The position numbers and the translations under genes were made by a program. From the IMG/VR virus record IMGVR_UViG_3300033076_000621, positions 1 through 40,146 of that record: a stretch of 40,146 bases of DNA; one strand, written 5' to 3'. The DNA comes from a virus. Lineage: Duplodnaviria; Caudoviricetes. Shown one piece after another: positions 1 through 8,703 of the stretch (the stretch's first letter is position 1; the number at the start of each line of letters is the position of its first letter). The notes below the pieces were generated by a model. The model was not told the origin of the DNA, ran no database searches, and saw only the letters and a list, made by a program, of their open reading frames with translations.

Positions 1-86
1 CGGCGGGAGCGCGTGGCACCGCGACGGCGGGATACGCTGGCACCGCGACGGCGGGAGCGCGTGGCACCGCGACGGCGGGAGTTGGC
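1..86 (+). repeat. 24-bp coding tandem repeat (continues from the window end)
   Basis: Units GGCACCGCGACGGCGGGA + variable hexamer (GCGCGT, TACGCT, GCGCGT, GTTGGC); encodes GTATAG-xx octapeptides. Confidence 0.97.
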
Positions 87-239
87 GGTGTGATTTGTCT
101 TCAGTACTGGAACGGCAAACGGTATAAAACGAAGATCGCCCAGGTTAAGGATGAAGATGGCGACGGTGAATTGGAGCCTAACAAGCCGTACAGGCTGAAT
201 GAGATCGGCGAGTTTGTTTTGGCGGGGATGAAGAAATGA
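1..239 (+). CDS. 3' part of octapeptide-repeat phage protein (5' part at 39714-40146)
   Basis: Hand translation: AGARGTATAGYAGTATAGARGTATAGVGGVICLQYWNGKRYKTKIAQV...LEPNKPYRLNEIGEFVLAGMKK*; TGA 237-239 overlaps ATG of next gene. Confidence 0.9.
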   Translation, partial: AGARGTATAGYAGTATAGARGTATAGVGGVICLQYWNGKRYKTKIAQVKDEDGDGELEPNKPYRLNEIGEFVLAGMKK

Positions 240-1024
240 TCCACCACACCGTAGCACAAGGCTCCCAGGAGTGGCACGAACTCCGCGCCACCATCCCGAC
301 CGCCAGCGAGTTTGACCGCCTAATCACACCGGCCAAGTGGGAGCCGACCAAGGGCGAGACGCGGCGCAACTTCCAGTTGGAGCTGTTGGCCAACCGCATC
401 TTTGGACTGCCGGCGGAACTGCCCGGTATCTCCGCGCTGGAGCATGGCCGCGAGTGGGAGCCGATCGCACGCGCCGCCTACGAGTTCGAGCGTGGCGTTG
501 AGATTCAGGACGGCGGATTCTGGACCGACGACCAGATGACCTACGGGGCCAGCCCTGATGGTTTGGTGGGAGCCGATGGGTTGGTCGAGTTCAAGAACCC
601 CGAGAACCCGCGAGTTCACTTGGCCGCGCTCATCGACTCGCTGACCTACAACGCCATGCACAGCGAATGGACGGCGTTCGCCAAGCCGTCAGAGGTGACC
701 GGGTTCCTGCGTGACCATTGGGCGCAGGTGCAAGGTCAACTGTTCGTGACCGGCCGCGCTTGGTGCGATCTGGTCTGCAACTTCGCGCGGCTTCCTATGG
801 TGGTGGTCCGCGTCTATCCCAACCCGACGTATCAGGAGTTGCTGTCGGAGGCGCTTTTGGATTTTACATCCGGGCTCGACGTGCTGATTTTCAAGGCCAA
901 CAAACACGGCTGGATCAAGCCAAAGCAGACCGTGGTTGTAGAGGACCGCCTTGGAATCACCGACGCGGACGTTGACCAGATCGTCTCGGCCATCTACGGA
1001 AAACAGCAGGAGGCCACATGGTAA
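236..1024 (+). CDS. YqaJ/lambda-exonuclease family recombination nuclease
   Basis: QGSQEWHELR, TASEF, GREWEPIAR, ASPDGLV, EFKNP and QVQGQL motifs. Confidence 0.93.
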   Translation: MIHHTVAQGSQEWHELRATIPTASEFDRLITPAKWEPTKGETRRNFQLELLANRIFGLPAELPGISALEHGREWEPIARAAYEFERGVEIQDGGFWTDDQMTYGASPDGLVGADGLVEFKNPENPRVHLAALIDSLTYNAMHSEWTAFAKPSEVTGFLRDHWAQVQGQLFVTGRAWCDLVCNFARLPMVVVRVYPNPTYQELLSEALLDFTSGLDVLIFKANKHGWIKPKQTVVVEDRLGITDADVDQIVSAIYGKQQEATW

Positions 1025-1554
1025 TCGGAATCGACCCATCGTTAACGGCAACCGGCGTCTGTATCCTTCAGGACGGCAAGGCGCAACTCATCACGATCAA
1101 CAGTTTTCCCGGCGACGACTTGGCGCGGATCACCGAGATTGCCGAAGCAGTTGGCGACCTTCTGGCCGGATCACCTAAGCCGGTATGGGCTGCGATTGAG
1201 GGACTATCCCACGGAAGCCACAACGGCAAGGCGGCCGAGCGGGCGGCGCTGCATTACTTCATTCGGGCAAAGCTGCGGTTCTGGTCTATTCATGTGGCCG
1301 TCGTGGCACCGGCCAGCCTGAAGAAGTTCATCACCGGCGGCGGAAAGGCTGAGAAGTCCACCATCGTGCGCGAGGTCTACAAACGGTGGGGCATCGAGGC
1401 GAACGACGACAACCAGGCCGACGCTGCCGGTCTGGCATACGTTGCTGCGGCCATTGTCGGCGAATACGAGCCGGCGAACGCGGCACAACGCGAGGTGGTG
1501 GATAAGTTGACGGCGGCGCCGGTGGCGAAAAAGCGGAAAGGCAAACTGGCATGA
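1018..1554 (+). CDS. RuvC-like Holliday junction resolvase
   Basis: IGIDPSLTATG, AIEG, LKKFITGGGKAEK and NQADA motifs. Confidence 0.9.
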   Translation: MVIGIDPSLTATGVCILQDGKAQLITINSFPGDDLARITEIAEAVGDLLAGSPKPVWAAIEGLSHGSHNGKAAERAALHYFIRAKLRFWSIHVAVVAPASLKKFITGGGKAEKSTIVREVYKRWGIEANDDNQADAAGLAYVAAAIVGEYEPANAAQREVVDKLTAAPVAKKRKGKLA

Positions 1555-1754
1555 GCTTCGGCTGGAAGAAGATCACCGCGAACGTCTGGCGGCTGGACGA
1601 CACATGGCAGGTGGTGCAGGAGACGCCCGGCCAGTGGCGGGCCTACCGTGGCAACCATGCGCTACTGGCCGACTTCCCCACGGTTGACGGAGCCATGGCG
1701 GAGGCCGAACGGTTGAGAAAACAAGACAAAATGTATCGGAGTGGAAATGACTGA
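1551..1754 (+). CDS. hypothetical protein
   Basis: ATGA overlap with previous gene; 67 aa. Confidence 0.7.
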   Translation: MSFGWKKITANVWRLDDTWQVVQETPGQWRAYRGNHALLADFPTVDGAMAEAERLRKQDKMYRSGND

Positions 1755-3972
1755 ATATCAGAAGTTCATCGAATCTAAAGCCAAGCACGCGAAACCATGC
1801 GGGTTTGAGGCTGGACCGCTCAACCCTCGCATGAAGCCATTCCAGCAGTCCATCGTCCGATGGGCTTTGCGTGGCGGCCGCCGTGCGATCTTCGCCGATA
1901 CCGGGCTCGGCAAGACGTTCATGCAACTGGAATGGGCTCACAACATCCCCGGAAAAGTGCTGGTACTTGCGCCGCTGGCAGTGGCGGAACAGACGGCAAG
2001 GGAGGCTGAAAAGTTTGGCATCCATGGGGTAGCGGTAGTCAGCGATCCATCGGACGACCGCATCCAGATTACGAACTACGAGAAGATTCACCGTTTCACG
2101 CCTGGACGGTATACGGGAATCGTGCTGGATGAGTCATCGATACTCAAGGGTTTCACGTCGAAGTTCCGCGCTGCACTGACTGACTTTTCCGCGGCGATCC
2201 AGTATCGTCTGCCATGTTCGGCAACCCCGGCGCCCAACGACTTCATGGAACTCGGCAACCACGCCGAATATTTGGGCGTGATGAAGTGCTCCGAGATGCT
2301 GGCCATGTTCTTCACGCATGATGGCGGCGACACGTCGAAATGGAGGCTGAAGGGACACGCGCAATCGGAGTTCTGGAAGTGGGTGGCATCGTGGGCGGTG
2401 GCAGTTCGCCGGCCATCGGACATCGGCTTTGATGACTCTGGCTACGACCTGCCGAAGCTGCACATGCACCAGCATGCCATCGAAAGCGGCATCGTCCCGG
2501 AAGGCAAACTGTTCATGGTGGAGGCGGAAACGCTTCAGGAGCGGCAAGCGGCGAGGCGTGACACCATCGCGTTGCGAGTGGCGAAAGCGGCCGAACTGGC
2601 GAACGGCGACAGCGAGCCATGGATCATGTGGTGCGGGCTGAATGATGAATCCAAAGCCATCACGGCGGCGATACCGGGAGCGGTCGAGGTGACCGGATCG
2701 GATTCACCGGAACATAAGCGCAACTCTATGCTGGCGTTTCAGCGAGGTGAGATCCGCGTGATCGTCAGCAAGCCGGAGATCATGGGGTTTGGCATGAACT
2801 ACCAACACTGCCGGAACATGGCCTTCGTTGGCATGTCGGACTCATTCGAGCAGTTCTACCAGGCCGTGCGCCGGTGCTGGCGGTTCGGCCAGACGCGAGA
2901 AGTGCATGCCCACGTCATCACCACCGACATTGAAGGCGCGGTGGTGCGCAACATCGAACGGAAAGAACAACAGGCCAATGAAATGATGGCCGGAATGGTG
3001 GATCACATGAGGAGTGAAATGGAAAAGAATCTTGGTTTGGTGATGGATCAGAAGTCGGAATACCGCCGCGACGTGTTCGCCGGCGAAAGGTTCACCGCGC
3101 ACCTTGGCGATTGCGTTGAAGTGGTTGGAGAGTTGCCTTCGGACTCGATTCACTACAGCATTTTTTCTCCTCCGTTTGCCAGCCTGTACACCTACAGCAA
3201 CTCCGACCGGGACATGGGGAACTGCGCCAGCTATGACGAGTTCATGCGGCAATTTGAGTACCTCGTACACCAGTTGCACCGCGTCATCATGCCGGGGCGG
3301 CTGGTATCGTTTCACTGCATGAACTTGCCTTTATCGAAAGAGCGCGATGGGTTCATCGGCGTGCGCGACTTCCGCGGCATCCTCATCAAGCTCTTTCAGG
3401 ACGCCGGGTTTATCTTCCATAGCGAGGTATGCATCTGGAAAGATCCGGTCACCGCCATGCAGCGCACGAAGGCCATCGGGCTCCTGTACAAACAACTCCG
3501 TAAGGACTCGACCATCAGCCGCCAGGGCATTCCTGATTACTTGGTTACGATGCGGAAGCACGGCGAAAACCCGGAGCGCGTGACGAAGACCCACGAATCA
3601 TTCCCGGTGTCGCTGTGGCAGCGCTACGCCAGCCCTGTCTGGATGGATATCGACCAGTCGAACACTTTGGCACGCGCTGAAGCCCGAGAAGAGGACGACG
3701 AACGCCACATTTGCCCGCTCCAGCTCGACGTAATCGAGCGCGGCATCCGCTTGTGGTCGAACGAAGGCGAAACAGTTCTCAGCCCGTTCATGGGCATCGG
3801 CAGCGAGGGGTACCAGTCGTTGAAGATGGGCCGGCGGTTCATCGGAGCCGAATTGAAAGAAGCCTACTGGAAAGTAGCAGTCAAGAATCTGAAGCAGGCC
3901 GAACACGACAACGCCAAGCAGGGAGGGTTGTTCGATGCCGTCGATACAGCATGCGCGTGCGATGCAGGTTGA
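1747..3972 (+). CDS. SF2/SNF2-like helicase fused to a beta-class N4/N6 DNA methyltransferase
   Basis: DTGLGKT, LDESS, SAT, GFGMN, QAVRRCWRFGQ helicase motifs; C-terminal FSPPF followed by VLSPFMGIGS. Confidence 0.9.
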   Translation: MTEYQKFIESKAKHAKPCGFEAGPLNPRMKPFQQSIVRWALRGGRRAIFADTGLGKTFMQLEWAHNIPGKVLVLAPLAVAEQTAREAEKFGIHGVAVVSDPSDDRIQITNYEKIHRFTPGRYTGIVLDESSILKGFTSKFRAALTDFSAAIQYRLPCSATPAPNDFMELGNHAEYLGVMKCSEMLAMFFTHDGGDTSKWRLKGHAQSEFWKWVASWAVAVRRPSDIGFDDSGYDLPKLHMHQHAIESGIVPEGKLFMVEAETLQERQAARRDTIALRVAKAAELANGDSEPWIMWCGLNDESKAITAAIPGAVEVTGSDSPEHKRNSMLAFQRGEIRVIVSKPEIMGFGMNYQHCRNMAFVGMSDSFEQFYQAVRRCWRFGQTREVHAHVITTDIEGAVVRNIERKEQQANEMMAGMVDHMRSEMEKNLGLVMDQKSEYRRDVFAGERFTAHLGDCVEVVGELPSDSIHYSIFSPPFASLYTYSNSDRDMGNCASYDEFMRQFEYLVHQLHRVIMPGRLVSFHCMNLPLSKERDGFIGVRDFRGILIKLFQDAGFIFHSEVCIWKDPVTAMQRTKAIGLLYKQLRKDSTISRQGIPDYLVTMRKHGENPERVTKTHESFPVSLWQRYASPVWMDIDQSNTLARAEAREEDDERHICPLQLDVIERGIRLWSNEGETVLSPFMGIGSEGYQSLKMGRRFIGAELKEAYWKVAVKNLKQAEHDNAKQGGLFDAVDTACACDAG

Positions 3973-4099
3973 GTGCGCCAAAAAGCTCCAGGACGGATGG
4001 GACACGTTCACCGCGTTGGGCCTGCACGATTGGTTCGCTGAAGAGTTTCTGATTGAGCAGGAAAACGCTTTGCAATCCAAAGTAGTCGAAGTAAAATAG
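3935..4099 (+). CDS. small hypothetical protein (54 aa, not in ORF track)
   Basis: GGAGG upstream; MPSIQHARAMQVECAKKLQDGWDTFTALGLHDWFAEEFLIEQENALQSKVVEVK. Confidence 0.6.
   Translation: MPSIQHARAMQVECAKKLQDGWDTFTALGLHDWFAEEFLIEQENALQSKVVEVK
4070..4097 (+). promoter_or_regulatory. sigma70-type promoter for the replication operon
   Basis: TTGCAA (4070-4075), 16-nt spacer, TAAAAT (4092-4097). Confidence 0.7.
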
Positions 4100-4103
4100 T
4101 AGT

Positions 4104-4206
4104 GCGGGTAGCTCCCGCCGGTGAATTGTTCTCTCTCTTTGGGGGCCTCGGAAACGGGGCCTCAAACCGAGAAACGGTTCACAGAATCCAAAGAGAGTTG
4201 CACAAT
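4104..4206 (+). ncRNA. putative structured leader RNA
   Basis: GCGGG-TAGCT-CCCGC hairpin; 10-bp stem CTCTCTTTGG/CCAAAGAGAG enclosing a GAAA-tetraloop hairpin and an AACCG/CGGTT hairpin. Confidence 0.55.
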
Positions 4207-4244
4207 CAAATGAAACAGAACCGCAAATGGCGGAGTGCTGCGCT

Positions 4245-5330
4245 ATGAAACTGCCAGCAATCCAATGGTACCCCGGCGACTGGCTGAAAGATCCCGGCGT
4301 GCGTTCGCTGACATACGAGGAGCGCGGAATCTGGTTCGAGATTCTTATGCACATGTTCAACAGTAGCGAGCGAGGTAAGTTGACGCTGAATGGCCGTGCG
4401 ATGCCAATGGAAGCGCTGGCCAGACTACTGGGCTTGACCGACGAAAAAACCTCCAAAGTGCTGGACAAACTACTGTCCTATGGTGTCGCTTCGAGAGATG
4501 AGGAAACAGGCGTCTACTTCAACCGGCGAATGGTGCGCGATGAGATCGACCGGCAGGCGCGGAAAGAGGACGGCACGCGGGGCGGGAACCCGGCCCTTGG
4601 GGTGAATTACAACCGCCCTGGCTTCCTTTATGCGATGCAAAGAGCGTCAGACGGCTGGGTCAAAATTGGGATAAGTGAGAACCCGTCGAAGCGACTCTAC
4701 AAGGTCCGATACTCGCAGCGTATGGCGGTCGAGCTTTTAGGTACTAAGTTCGTGCAGGACATGGGCTTGGCTGAATCAAAGATGCACGCCAAATACGCCG
4801 GAAAAGGGAAGGGTGAGTGGTTTGCCCTTAACGATGATGAGATAGGGGAACTACTATCTACCCTTAAGGGGCAACCCAAGGGGAAAGAAACCCCTTCATC
4901 TTCATCTTCAATTTCATCTTCAATTTCAAAAGAAAACCCCCTACCCCCTTTCCAACAATCACAGCCGCCTGCCGCGGTAGAACTGACACCCGATGACGTC
5001 GGCTATTGGGTTGACCTCATCGTGGAGATGTACCCCAGCCCGGCAGACGCCCGCAGCGTGTACCGCTGGGTGGACGACAACGACAACCGGTTGAGCGCCA
5101 GTGGCCGCGATCGGTTCCTCAACTACATGACCGAAGTTCAGATCGGTTTGGAGGAGTGGGTGGCGTATTGGGAGACTCAGGGCAACCAGTTTGTGCCCGA
5201 CGTCATGAAGTGGTTGCACGGCACCGGCTGGAAGAAACATCCGCCGAAGCCGAAGCCTATTCCGGAAGGGCCGATACTCGACGGGCCCCTGTACGATGGG
5301 CCGCTTTACAAAGCCGGGGAGAAGGTATGA
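4245..5330 (+). CDS. replication initiator (YdaU/DUF1376-like N-terminus) with internal T5orf172/GIY-YIG domain
   Basis: MKLPAIQWYPGDWLKD...EERGIWFEILMHM; internal FLYAM..VKIGISENPSKRL..E..MH..GEWF; Ser-rich linker; GGAG upstream of ATG 4245. Confidence 0.8.
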   Translation: MKLPAIQWYPGDWLKDPGVRSLTYEERGIWFEILMHMFNSSERGKLTLNGRAMPMEALARLLGLTDEKTSKVLDKLLSYGVASRDEETGVYFNRRMVRDEIDRQARKEDGTRGGNPALGVNYNRPGFLYAMQRASDGWVKIGISENPSKRLYKVRYSQRMAVELLGTKFVQDMGLAESKMHAKYAGKGKGEWFALNDDEIGELLSTLKGQPKGKETPSSSSSISSSISKENPLPPFQQSQPPAAVELTPDDVGYWVDLIVEMYPSPADARSVYRWVDDNDNRLSASGRDRFLNYMTEVQIGLEEWVAYWETQGNQFVPDVMKWLHGTGWKKHPPKPKPIPEGPILDGPLYDGPLYKAGEKV

Positions 5331-5743
5331 TTTCCGAGGAGTTCGCCCGCCAACAGGTCAACCGGATGCAGGGGTTGCCGTACTTCGGCAAGATCGGTCA
5401 GCATGGCTACGCTGAACTAGTCTCTGTTCTCGTCAGGACGGCCAAGGACGAACGAGAAGCCGCGGAGGCTATCTCTACCCTACTCACTGATGAAACGCGC
5501 TCTGGCGACCGTGAGAAGGAAAGAGTCCCTACTCCTGGTGAGCTTCGCCAGTGGGTGCTGGCTCAACGAGGACCGGAAGTCGAGCAGCCGGCGCCCGGCG
5601 ACGGCCGACACTGCGACCGATGCCGGAACGGACGGCCGCCGGGGTGGGTAATGACCTCTCGATTATCCAAGGGCAACTATTACGAGTTTTGGGGAAAGTG
5701 CCCAAACTGCAACCCGAACTGGTACGGCTCGGCGCAGCAGTGA
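5327..5743 (+). CDS. putative replication accessory/helicase-loader-like protein with C-terminal Zn ribbon
   Basis: ATGA-coupled to initiator; PTPGELR motif; CDRC...CPNC. Confidence 0.6.
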   Translation: MISEEFARQQVNRMQGLPYFGKIGQHGYAELVSVLVRTAKDEREAAEAISTLLTDETRSGDREKERVPTPGELRQWVLAQRGPEVEQPAPGDGRHCDRCRNGRPPGWVMTSRLSKGNYYEFWGKCPNCNPNWYGSAQQ

Positions 5744-5752
5744 AAAAACCAC

Positions 5753-5780
5753 TTGCTAATCGCAATACGGTATGTATAAT
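5753..5780 (+). promoter_or_regulatory. promoter, probably giving a leaderless transcript
   Basis: TTGCTA, 16-nt spacer, TATAAT; ATG 6 nt downstream. Confidence 0.75.
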
Positions 5781-5786
5781 GATCGT

Positions 5787-5945
5787 ATGCGAGAGAACAG
5801 CATCAAAGTAGTTTGCACTCGGTTCAAACCGAAAGAATACAGCGCGATGAAGCAACGGGCCGACGAAGCAGGCTTGAATGTTTCCGAGTATCTGCGTTTG
5901 TTGGTGGCCAAGGATTTGGGGAGGAAAGCAAAATGCAAGTCGTAG
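5787..5945 (+). CDS. ribbon-helix-helix (CopG/MobC-like) regulator, 52 aa, not in ORF track
   Basis: MRENSIKVVCTRFKPKEYSAMKQRADEAGLNVSEYLRLLVAKDLGRKAKCKS; A..AGL.VSEYLR signature. Confidence 0.8.
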   Translation: MRENSIKVVCTRFKPKEYSAMKQRADEAGLNVSEYLRLLVAKDLGRKAKCKS

Positions 5946-6121
5946 GCGGTTTTATCGTTTTGGCGATCACTGCCGGCGCCATCTGGGTTCGACACGTTGG
6001 CATTGCCCAGACTGAACGCAGCGTGGCCAGGTGGTTGTTGGCCGATGCTAGGGCGCGGGATGCGCGGGACCGGGAGTTTGCCGCGGCTCGTGTGGCTTTG
6101 CTGGAGGTGGGGAATGGCTGA
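5933..6121 (+). CDS. small membrane-anchored hypothetical protein
   Basis: GGAGG RBS; hydrophobic N-terminus MQVVGGFIVLAITAGAIW. Confidence 0.65.
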   Translation: MQVVGGFIVLAITAGAIWVRHVGIAQTERSVARWLLADARARDARDREFAAARVALLEVGNG

Positions 6122-6389
6122 GAAGACGCTGGGGCAGGTGGCGTATGATGCCTGCACGTACAACAACGAAGGCCATGTTGCGGACTGGGATCGCATCGCC
6201 GACGCCGTTGTCGCCGCCCACGAGGCGCGGCGTTGGAATACGTGGCCTGACGAACTAGCGGCGCTGTACTGGCGGCGACTCGCCCACGCCATCAACCACG
6301 CCACGCCCTATCAGCAAGCCGAGGCGATGACGCGGCTCACACCGGGACAGGAAGAGATCGCACGGAGGTTCGAAGATGCCGGAAAGTAG
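6114..6389 (+). CDS. hypothetical protein
   Basis: GGAGG RBS; MAEKTLGQVAYDA start; overlaps neighbours. Confidence 0.7.
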   Translation: MAEKTLGQVAYDACTYNNEGHVADWDRIADAVVAAHEARRWNTWPDELAALYWRRLAHAINHATPYQQAEAMTRLTPGQEEIARRFEDAGK

Positions 6390-6588
6390 AGACCCACGAA
6401 AAGACCCGAGGCCGTGGGATGTGGTGCAGTTTCAGAAAAAGTGGACTCGCCACATAGAACAACGAGACGGGAACACGGTTGGGTACTATGCATTGTTTCA
6501 TGGCACGTACCTTGGTCCATTTCAAGACAAGTTGGAGGACTGGGTAAACGCTGTTGACCACGCGGAGGTGCTGCATGTCGCCGAGTAA
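6376..6588 (+). CDS. hypothetical protein
   Basis: GGAGG RBS; tiled in operon. Confidence 0.65.
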   Translation: MPESRDPRKDPRPWDVVQFQKKWTRHIEQRDGNTVGYYALFHGTYLGPFQDKLEDWVNAVDHAEVLHVAE

Positions 6589-6853
6589 CGAGCGTAGCGC
6601 GGAGTTTTTGCGGGGCGCAATCTGGCAGTGGTGCGAAGGGGTGACGTTGCCTGAGTTGAACACCCTCCTCGCCGCCGCCGAGGCCCGCGAAGCCGGGGAG
6701 CCGACGGCGGCGGAGGTGATCGCGGCGGCCGAGAAGGCGCTGGATTTGCTGGCGGAAGACATAGAGGGGAGTCTGTCTCAGGAGTCGTTCGATGCCCGCG
6801 AGGAAGCCACCGCCATCATCGCCCGCTGGAAGGAGGCGAGCGGTGGAAAATAA
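6575..6853 (+). CDS. hypothetical protein
   Basis: GGAGG RBS before ATG 6575. Confidence 0.65.
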   Translation: MSPSNERSAEFLRGAIWQWCEGVTLPELNTLLAAAEAREAGEPTAAEVIAAAEKALDLLAEDIEGSLSQESFDAREEATAIIARWKEASGGK

Positions 6854-7061
6854 CACAATCACAATCGAAGCGACCTGCATGATGTGCCGACAAACAAAGG
6901 CGCTGCAATTGCCAGCCAGTGGATACGCCGCGTACAAGGTTGGCATGTTAATCCAGCGGGCGATGCCATCGGTACCGGAAGGCGACCGGGAATTGCTCAT
7001 CAGCCAGACTTGCGGGCCTTGCTTCGACAAGCTATTCGAGGAGGTTGACGATGCCCAATAA
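6843..7061 (+). CDS. small Zn-binding hypothetical protein
   Basis: GGAGG RBS, GTG start; CMMC...RELLISQTCGPCFDKLF. Confidence 0.7.
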   Translation: MENNTITIEATCMMCRQTKALQLPASGYAAYKVGMLIQRAMPSVPEGDRELLISQTCGPCFDKLFEEVDDAQ

Positions 7062-7587
7062 CACCCCCATCCCCGACGCCGCCCTGGCGGAACTGGATCG
7101 GCTGCACGCGGCGGCAACGCCGGGACCATGGGAAGCAGGCGGAAAAGTGACATGCGATTGCGGATCAAGCCCCAACTGCTGGCACCAATACGAGGCACAG
7201 GCAGATATCTTTCCGCCTCTCGGGGAAAGCGGACCAGTGGCTACAGTGTCGGCTGTTGAGCATGAAAACGCTCCATACATCGCCGCCCTCCACAACGCCT
7301 ACCCGGCCATGCGCCAACGCCTTCTCGCAGCCGAGTCGCGGCTGGCGGAGGCGGAGCGGGAGCGGGACAGGTGGAAGGCTAGGTATGCCGAGGAGTACAG
7401 CGGGCCCACGCGGAAGGACCGTGACGCCCAGCAGCGGCGCGATGGGGCTCTAGCAGAGATTGAAGGCTTAGAGTTCTACACGCAGCTAGTGGAACAGTTG
7501 CTGACTCATCATCCATCTGAGATTCAGTCAGTGGCGGAGAGGGTATTTTACGAACGAGCAAAGGAGCTAAAAAATGGCATGGCCTAA
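7051..7587 (+). CDS. Ead/Ea22-like early protein
   Basis: L..L.AAATPGPW and NAPYIAALHN motifs. Confidence 0.7.
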   Translation: MPNNTPIPDAALAELDRLHAAATPGPWEAGGKVTCDCGSSPNCWHQYEAQADIFPPLGESGPVATVSAVEHENAPYIAALHNAYPAMRQRLLAAESRLAEAERERDRWKARYAEEYSGPTRKDRDAQQRRDGALAEIEGLEFYTQLVEQLLTHHPSEIQSVAERVFYERAKELKNGMA

Positions 7588-7903
7588 AAATAGTGGTGGG
7601 TATCGTGGATCAGTCAATCGCGGAGAAAATAACCCAGCATCTATTTTATCTAATGAGAAAGTAGAGCGTATCAGGAGAGAGTACCTTGATGGACATGCTT
7701 CCGCTGACAAGCTCTCTCAAAAATACGGAGTCGGTGCTTCTGCGGTGAAGCGGCTGTTGACGGGTGTATCTTTTCCTGATGCTGGCGGCCCGACATTCAC
7801 CCGGCTCTTGTTGCCGCAGGAAAGGGCTTGGGGTTACCACCCACGCGAATTTTTGAGAGAGAAGCAAGCGGCCCAACGGCTGCGGGAGGCGAAAGATGTT
7901 TAG
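7574..7903 (+). CDS. HTH protein resembling the C-terminal DNA-binding module of phage HNH endonucleases
   Basis: RGENNPASILSNEKVERIR...LSQKYGVGASAVKRLLTG; no HNH catalytic motif seen. Confidence 0.7.
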   Translation: MAWPKNSGGYRGSVNRGENNPASILSNEKVERIRREYLDGHASADKLSQKYGVGASAVKRLLTGVSFPDAGGPTFTRLLLPQERAWGYHPREFLREKQAAQRLREAKDV

Positions 7904-8450
7904 CGAACAGGAAGCAAAGCTGGTGACGGAAAACCGGGAACTCCGCGCCGAGGTGGACCGGCTGCGGGCCGACAACCAGCACCTTCAAAAGTCAATTGAG
8001 GAATTGGAAGACGAGGTGGACAAATCAAACGACAACCTGATTAGGTTTGTTCGTGCAAAGGCTGGTCGTCGCGATTGCCATGGCGTTTACGACGGCATAG
8101 AGCAAATCTGCAACCAACGCAAAGCCGCCGAATCCCTCGTCGCCGTGCTGCGCGGGGCGCTGGAGGTGTCGCTGCCGTATGTCAAAGCGTTCCCGCACAC
8201 GAACGCGCATGATCTAACTGAGATTCAGGCCGCTCTCGCCCTTACCCCGGCCAGCGCGGGGGCAAGGCTGAAAGCGGAGGCGTATCGAGAAGCGGCGAAC
8301 CTCATTCGGCAGACCACGCCAAGCCGCACCAGCCAGTACGACGACTACGGAAGCGGCAAGGAAGATGGACGCCACTACGCCATCGAGCAACTGGAGTCCG
8401 AGGCGGACAGCCTCACCGCCAAGGAGAAGGAGGCCGCGGATGGACGCTAA
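7896..8450 (+). CDS. coiled-coil hypothetical protein
   Basis: GGAGG RBS; heptad-rich N-terminus. Confidence 0.7.
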   Translation: MFSEQEAKLVTENRELRAEVDRLRADNQHLQKSIEELEDEVDKSNDNLIRFVRAKAGRRDCHGVYDGIEQICNQRKAAESLVAVLRGALEVSLPYVKAFPHTNAHDLTEIQAALALTPASAGARLKAEAYREAANLIRQTTPSRTSQYDDYGSGKEDGRHYAIEQLESEADSLTAKEKEAADGR

Positions 8451-8703
8451 ACGGGCGGCGGATTATTTGCGTGACGCGAGAGCGGGTAACCGTGAATTGC
8501 GAGAGGCCGAGGAGTTAGGCGCGCAAGCCCTGGAGGCGTGGGCGTGGGTGGAGCGGACTAAAGCCAAAGTTGCGCGATTCGGCGAAGGGTGGGCTGTGTC
8601 GTATCAAGGCACGGCAGCGGGGCGAAGGATGCACCAATGCAGTTTAGGCCCAGATGCGCTCGCCGCCGTGCTGGACGCGATGGAGAAGGAGGGGAAGGGA
8701 TGA
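8440..8703 (+). CDS. hypothetical protein
   Basis: AGGAGG RBS before ATG 8440. Confidence 0.65.
   Translation: MDAKRAADYLRDARAGNRELREAEELGAQALEAWAWVERTKAKVARFGEGWAVSYQGTAAGRRMHQCSLGPDALAAVLDAMEKEGKG

Noticed and set aside
1-86. CRISPR array
   Set aside because: Variable parts are only 6 nt and recur, the period is 24 bp in frame within a CDS, and no cas genes are present
4120-4206. tRNA gene
   Set aside because: Branched fold but no T-loop GTTCRA in the right context, no D-loop and no 7-nt anticodon loop
7574-7903. Intact HNH homing endonuclease
   Set aside because: Only the HTH-like accessory module is present; no HNH catalytic motif
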